From NCBI GenBank assembly GCA_021324635.1, contig JAJPIS010000070.1, positions 7,061 to 71,060 on the forward strand: 64,000 nucleotides of DNA, given 5' to 3'. How positions within the stretch are numbered: position 1 is the stretch's first letter; each line of letters begins with the position of its first letter. This stretch comes from Gemmatimonadota bacterium (GTDB lineage: Bacteria > Gemmatimonadota > Gemmatimonadetes > Gemmatimonadales > Gemmatimonadaceae). Below, piece after piece: positions 60,468-64,000 of the stretch. The translations under genes were made by a program, and so were the position numbers. The notes under the pieces were generated by a model. That model was given only the letters and a program-made list of their open reading frames with translations. It searched no databases and had not been told where the DNA came from.

Positions 60468-62725
60468 CCGGGGCGCCGGCTGCCCCTTCGAGCACGATGA
60501 TGGGGTGCGTGATGCACTGTTGCCGTCCGGCGTCCCTGTTGCTCACCGCTGGACTACTCCTCGCGTCGTGGGCTCATGGGCAACCGACGAGCCGGGAAGG
60601 GACGAGGATGTCAGTTGCGGCGCACGAAGGGGAGCGGAGCGTTCTATCCCGGCGACACAGGCTGGATCTGGACGACATTCTCACCAACCAGACAATCGGT
60701 GATGCTACGATGTCGCCGGCCGGCGACCTGGCGGCAATCGTGATTCAGCGAGCTGAGACGGCAGCCGTCGAACGGTACGGGTGGGTCGATGGTCCGTGGA
60801 ATCGCGCCGATGTCTGGCTCGTGCCTCGGCGCGGCCGACTCAGGAACATCACCAACGGCGTGCGCGATGGCACCTGGCACTGGCAGCCGACCTGGTCGCC
60901 GGATGGCCGGTACCTCGCGATCCTGACGACGCGCGTGACCAACAACGTTGGAATCGAGGTGTGGGACGAACGAGCGGGCACGCTTCGCCGCGTCGGACCG
61001 CCCGGCGTGGACCTGGACGCCCACCTGGAGGCCTGGGGCCAGCCGATGGAGTGGGTCGACTCGACGACGTTGCTGGCGGCGTTCGTCCCGGCGGGGACGA
61101 TTCCGCTCTACTACGCGTACGGTCCAAATCAACGGATCCGGCGGGATAGCGCCTGGGCGCGTACCGAACACGGCGCGCAGGCGTCGGTGAGCTTGCTCGA
61201 AGGTGGGGTCGAAACCCCGGCGGCTGCGCGCCCCCAGGGCTCACTGGCGCTGATCGATGTGCGCACCGGGCGGGTGACGATCGTCGCCCAGGCAAACATC
61301 CGCGAGACCGTCCTGTCCCCGGACCATCGGCAGGTCGCGCTCATCGCCGACGACGGCAATGACGTCATGGGACCAGGAGAAGGGCCACGCTGGCCGGAAG
61401 ACGGCTCGTTCATCCGATTCTTCATGCACCGACGGCTGGGGCTCGCGCAACTGCAACCCGCTGGTCAGGTCCGCTGGATCGAGGGACTGCATGATCCTTA
61501 CCTGAGCCCCTCCGGCGGTGCGTGGGCGGTCGATGGGTCGAAGTTTGTTGTGGCAACGCACTCGGGCGCGAGCCAGGCGACTCCCCTGGAGCATGTGGTC
61601 GTCGACGCCCACGGCATGGTCGGCGCGCTCACTCCGGACAGCTCCTTCCCTCGCGACACGCCAGTCTCGCCGCCGCCGGCGCAACGATCGGAGCTGGTGC
61701 TTGCCGTCGAGTCGCCGCGGACAGGGTTTGCGCTGTACACCTCCGAGCCAGCGGACGGATCGCTGATATGGACCAGGGATACGTCGAACGGTGCCCCCCA
61801 CGTTCGGATGCGCCTCAATTCGCACCTGGGCAAGGTCGAGGACGACGTCGGGCAGGAGCGGCTGATTCACTATCGAGGGGCCGACGGCGCCCGTTACGCA
61901 GGTCAGGTACTCCTCCCCGCCGGGTATGTATCAGGCGTCCGCTACCCGACCATCGTGTGGCCGTACCCCGGGCACATCGTGCCGGACTCCTTGCCCCGAC
62001 GAGCCTCCGGCAAGCCTCACTCTGCCTTCTATCCGATGATGGATCCGCACCTGTGGTCCACGCGCGGGTACGTCGTGCTCCAACCGTCGATCCCTCCGTC
62101 AAATGGAGATCCCGTAGTGTCGGTCGCGGGATACATCGACCCGGCGATCGACTCGCTGGTCGCGATGGGCGTCACAGATTCTTCGCGGCTCGCCCTGGTC
62201 GGCCATAGTCACGGTGCCATCCTGGTCTATGGTCTGATCACCATGAGCACGCGGTATCGAGCGGCAATCGCGATCGCGGGGTGGAGCGACATCCTGTCGT
62301 ACTACGCAGCCTTCATGGCGAGCTACTGCTACTGCCGCGCCGACTTTCCCAACGAGTGGGTGCCGACGGGGCTGACGCAGTTCGAGGCGAGCAATGCAAC
62401 GACCCCCTTGAGCCATTCGCTGCGGATCGGGGTGACGCCGTGGGAAGACCCGCTCCGGTGGCATCGCAACAATCCGATCGAGCATTTCGACCGGGTGACC
62501 ACACCGCTCATGATCGTCAAGGCGGACAATGACACGTTCTATATGAGCGATGGAGATATCGCGTTCCAGGCGTTGAGCAGGCTGGGGAAGCGGGTGCGCT
62601 ACGTACGCTACTGGGGCGAGGGCCACACGCTCTCCTCTCCGGCGAACCTGCGCGATTACTGGAGCCGCGCACGCGTCTGGCTGGACGACCTGCTTCATTC
62701 CAGCTTGGGGTCGGCGTCGCGCTGA
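60464..62725 (+). CDS. S9-family (prolyl-oligopeptidase-like) serine peptidase with N-terminal propeller; candidate lasso-peptide isopeptidase by context
   Basis: WSPDGRYLAIL propeller repeats. Catalytic motifs LALVGHSHGAIL (GxSxG), MIVKADNDTFY and WGEGHTL. Signal-like ASLLLTAGLLLASWAHGQ. ATGA overlap with the receptor stop. Confidence 0.8.
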   Translation: MTGAPAAPSSTMMGCVMHCCRPASLLLTAGLLLASWAHGQPTSREGTRMSVAAHEGERSVLSRRHRLDLDDILTNQTIGDATMSPAGDLAAIVIQRAETAAVERYGWVDGPWNRADVWLVPRRGRLRNITNGVRDGTWHWQPTWSPDGRYLAILTTRVTNNVGIEVWDERAGTLRRVGPPGVDLDAHLEAWGQPMEWVDSTTLLAAFVPAGTIPLYYAYGPNQRIRRDSAWARTEHGAQASVSLLEGGVETPAAARPQGSLALIDVRTGRVTIVAQANIRETVLSPDHRQVALIADDGNDVMGPGEGPRWPEDGSFIRFFMHRRLGLAQLQPAGQVRWIEGLHDPYLSPSGGAWAVDGSKFVVATHSGASQATPLEHVVVDAHGMVGALTPDSSFPRDTPVSPPPAQRSELVLAVESPRTGFALYTSEPADGSLIWTRDTSNGAPHVRMRLNSHLGKVEDDVGQERLIHYRGADGARYAGQVLLPAGYVSGVRYPTIVWPYPGHIVPDSLPRRASGKPHSAFYPMMDPHLWSTRGYVVLQPSIPPSNGDPVVSVAGYIDPAIDSLVAMGVTDSSRLALVGHSHGAILVYGLITMSTRYRAAIAIAGWSDILSYYAAFMASYCYCRADFPNEWVPTGLTQFEASNATTPLSHSLRIGVTPWEDPLRWHRNNPIEHFDRVTTPLMIVKADNDTFYMSDGDIAFQALSRLGKRVRYVRYWGEGHTLSSPANLRDYWSRARVWLDDLLHSSLGSASR

Positions 62726-62754
62726 ATCGGACGGCCGCGGAGGGTCGGGGAATG

Positions 62755-62787
62755 CGACGAGGGCCGGGATGCTCCCGGCCCTCGTCG
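62755..62787. terminator. bidirectional intrinsic terminator between the peptidase gene (+) and the peptide genes (-)
   Basis: CGACGAGGGCCGGGA-tgc-TCCCGGCCCTCGTCG (perfect 15-bp stem) followed by TTCTTC. Confidence 0.65.
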
Positions 62788-62801
62788 TTCTTCGGGACCG
62801 T

Positions 62802-62936
62802 TCAGAGCGCGAAGCCGACGCTGCCCTCGGGCATGGCCAGCCCGAGCGCCTCGTGCACGCGCGGGCCCGTCACCCTGGTCGTGCGAACGGCGTCCGCCGT
62901 CTGCGTCACTGCCGGGGTCTCATAGGGCCGTTTCAT
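62802..62936 (-). CDS. candidate lasso-peptide precursor A2 (44 aa)
   Basis: MKRPYETPAVTQTADAVRTTRVTGPRVHEALGLAMPEGSVGFAL. GAGGAGG RBS lies upstream of the ATG at 62936. Embedded in track ORF 62802..63041. Confidence 0.6.
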   Translation of the reverse strand: MKRPYETPAVTQTADAVRTTRVTGPRVHEALGLAMPEGSVGFAL

Positions 62937-63108
62937 CGTGCCTCCTCGCCGCATTCGCGGCATGATTGTCAGCAACGTGAGTACGATTGCAGCAAGTGCG
63001 GGGCGGCGGTCACCGGGCCGCGACGCGTCGATCTGACTCACGGTGGAGGTGTAGGGTCAGGCGATCAACCGTGAGGGTGCTCACGCCCGGCCCTCGCCCC
63101 CGAGAGCC

Positions 63109-63243
63109 TCAGAGCGAGTACCCGAGACTTCCGACCGCCTCGCCCCGTCCAAAGCTCTCTGCCACCTTCTGACCGATCTGCGACGTGACGGCGACGACGG
63201 GCGCCGACGATGTCACTGCGGGTGCCTCGTAACGTGTCTTCAT
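63109..63243 (-). CDS. candidate lasso-peptide precursor A1 (44 aa)
   Basis: MKTRYEAPAVTSSAPVVAVTSQIGQKVAESFGRGEAVGSLGYSL. GGGAGGA RBS; the ATG overlaps the stop of the upstream cyclase-like gene (ATGA). Embedded in track ORF 63109..63471. Confidence 0.6.
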   Translation of the reverse strand: MKTRYEAPAVTSSAPVVAVTSQIGQKVAESFGRGEAVGSLGYSL

Positions 63244-64000
63244 ACGGTCCTCCCTGTGGCCGCGTCGAAGCGGCCGGTCAAGTGTGTCCCCTGCTGGTGG
63301 TGCAAATCGCTGTTGCCCTGCTCGCGTCGCGTCTCGGTGACCGGTCGACCAGAGCGCACGTGCAGCCACGTCTCGACGGCGAGTGTATAGATGGCCGCCG
63401 AAACGAGCTCTTCCGCGCCTGTACGGCATGCCTCGTCGATACCGGCGCGAAGTCTCACCGGGTCGATGCATCCCAACTGGGCCAGGAGCGGATCGTCCAG
63501 GATCCGGGCGATCGTAGGTCGCTCGCGGATCAGAGCTTGATGAACGAAGCCGAGGTTTCCACCCTTACCGACCCGTGTCCGCACCGGCTCCGGCAGGATA
63601 CCCCGCATCGCTTCGCGCAGAATCCACTTGCGGGCATGCGGCTGCACACACATCTCCGGCGGCAGTCGAAGCCCGAGTTCGACCAGGGGCCGGTAGAGGA
63701 ACGGGTGTCGCACATCGAGGCCTTCCAGCAGGTCATGGCGGCGGAGCCCGAGTGGGATCGACCGCATCTGCTCCTGCACGAGAGCGGCGTACTTCAGCCC
63801 GCGCGGACCTGCGTAGCTATCGTCGGCCGACGTCCCGACGATGTGTGCCGACTCGGCGGCGGACCGGCGAATCCAGGGCGGCAGGCTGGCACCTGGTACA
63901 AGACGCCGACGGAGGGTGGCCGGGAGGAGTGGGAGCAAGGCATTCCGGTAGGCCAGGTTCCAGAACGAGACGCGACCGATCGCGGCGCGTCTCAGCATCT
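63240..64000 (-). CDS. asparagine-synthetase-B-like C-terminal domain (lasso cyclase-like); the gene continues beyond the right edge
   Basis: ...LEGLDVRHPFLYRPLVELGLRLPPEMCVQPHARKWILREAMRGILPEPVRTRVGKG... is the conserved C-terminal AsnB-type region (DxRxPFLDxxLvE....P......KxiLReA..g.LP..i..R.KkG). Confidence 0.65.
   Translation of the reverse strand, partial: MLRRAAIGRVSFWNLAYRNALLPLLPATLRRRLVPGASLPPWIRRSAAESAHIVGTSADDSYAGPRGLKYAALVQEQMRSIPLGLRRHDLLEGLDVRHPFLYRPLVELGLRLPPEMCVQPHARKWILREAMRGILPEPVRTRVGKGGNLGFVHQALIRERPTIARILDDPLLAQLGCIDPVRLRAGIDEACRTGAEELVSAAIYTLAVETWLHVRSGRPVTETRREQGNSDLHHQQGTHLTGRFDAATGRTV

Noticed and set aside
1-64000. tRNA, rRNA, transposase, integrase or prophage genes that would define a mobile island
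   Set aside because: I found no T-loop-like GGTTCGAATCC-type sequences in non-coding stretches, no rRNA-like regions and no recombinase motifs in any credible ORF. The accessory character of 7.2-11.3 kb rests only on parAB and the TA relics.

Overview
A 64 kb window of very GC-rich (about 70% by eye) bacterial DNA from a diderm organism. It encodes an Omp85-family protein, two TonB-dependent receptors and many lipoproteins. The gene content looks like a soil high-GC Gram-negative such as Gemmatimonadota, but that taxonomic call is only an inference. I support about 60 protein genes. I recognised no rRNA, tRNA, CRISPR array, transposase or integrase. Because of the GC content, almost every real gene is shadowed by long Arg/Pro/Gly-rich antisense or off-frame ORFs, and many track ORFs are over-extended at the 5' end. 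I reset starts where a signal peptide, a ribosome-binding site (RBS) or a family-typical N-terminus allowed; all starts remain approximate. All family calls come from motifs read by eye, not from searches.

Layout:
- 0-7.2 kb: housekeeping-like genes (orphan receiver, UbiB/ABC1 kinase, Omp85-family protein).
- 7.2-11.3 kb: accessory-looking block with a parA/parB-like pair, two perfect parS-like palindromes and two decayed toxin-antitoxin (TA) loci.
- 11.4-28.9 kb: peptidase, hydrolases, patatin-like lipase, MFS transporters, a third TA relic, and a GNAT / N-succinylamino-acid racemase / M20 amidohydrolase operon.
- 28.97-29.76 kb: dense array of GGCAT..ATGCC hairpin (REP-like) repeats.
- 29.8-49.3 kb: ECF42-type sigma factor with a YCII protein, LytS/LytTR two-component pair, an apparently intact DUF433/DUF5615 pair, and a MoaD-like GG protein coupled to a BNR propeller.
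- 49.3-54.3 kb: TonB-dependent receptor, then DAHP synthase and an ACT-less prephenate dehydratase. These follow a candidate aromatic-rich leader ORF and an intrinsic terminator.
- 54.8-64.0 kb: the most interesting locus. An XRE regulator, ECF sigma, FecR-like anti-sigma, STN-type TonB receptor and S9 peptidase on the + strand converge on an asparagine-synthetase-like cyclase. The cyclase is cut by the window edge and is followed by two paralogous 44-aa peptides whose leaders match the lasso-peptide leader motif. I read this as an isopeptidase-type lasso-peptide system with unusual gene order and unusual predicted core N-termini.
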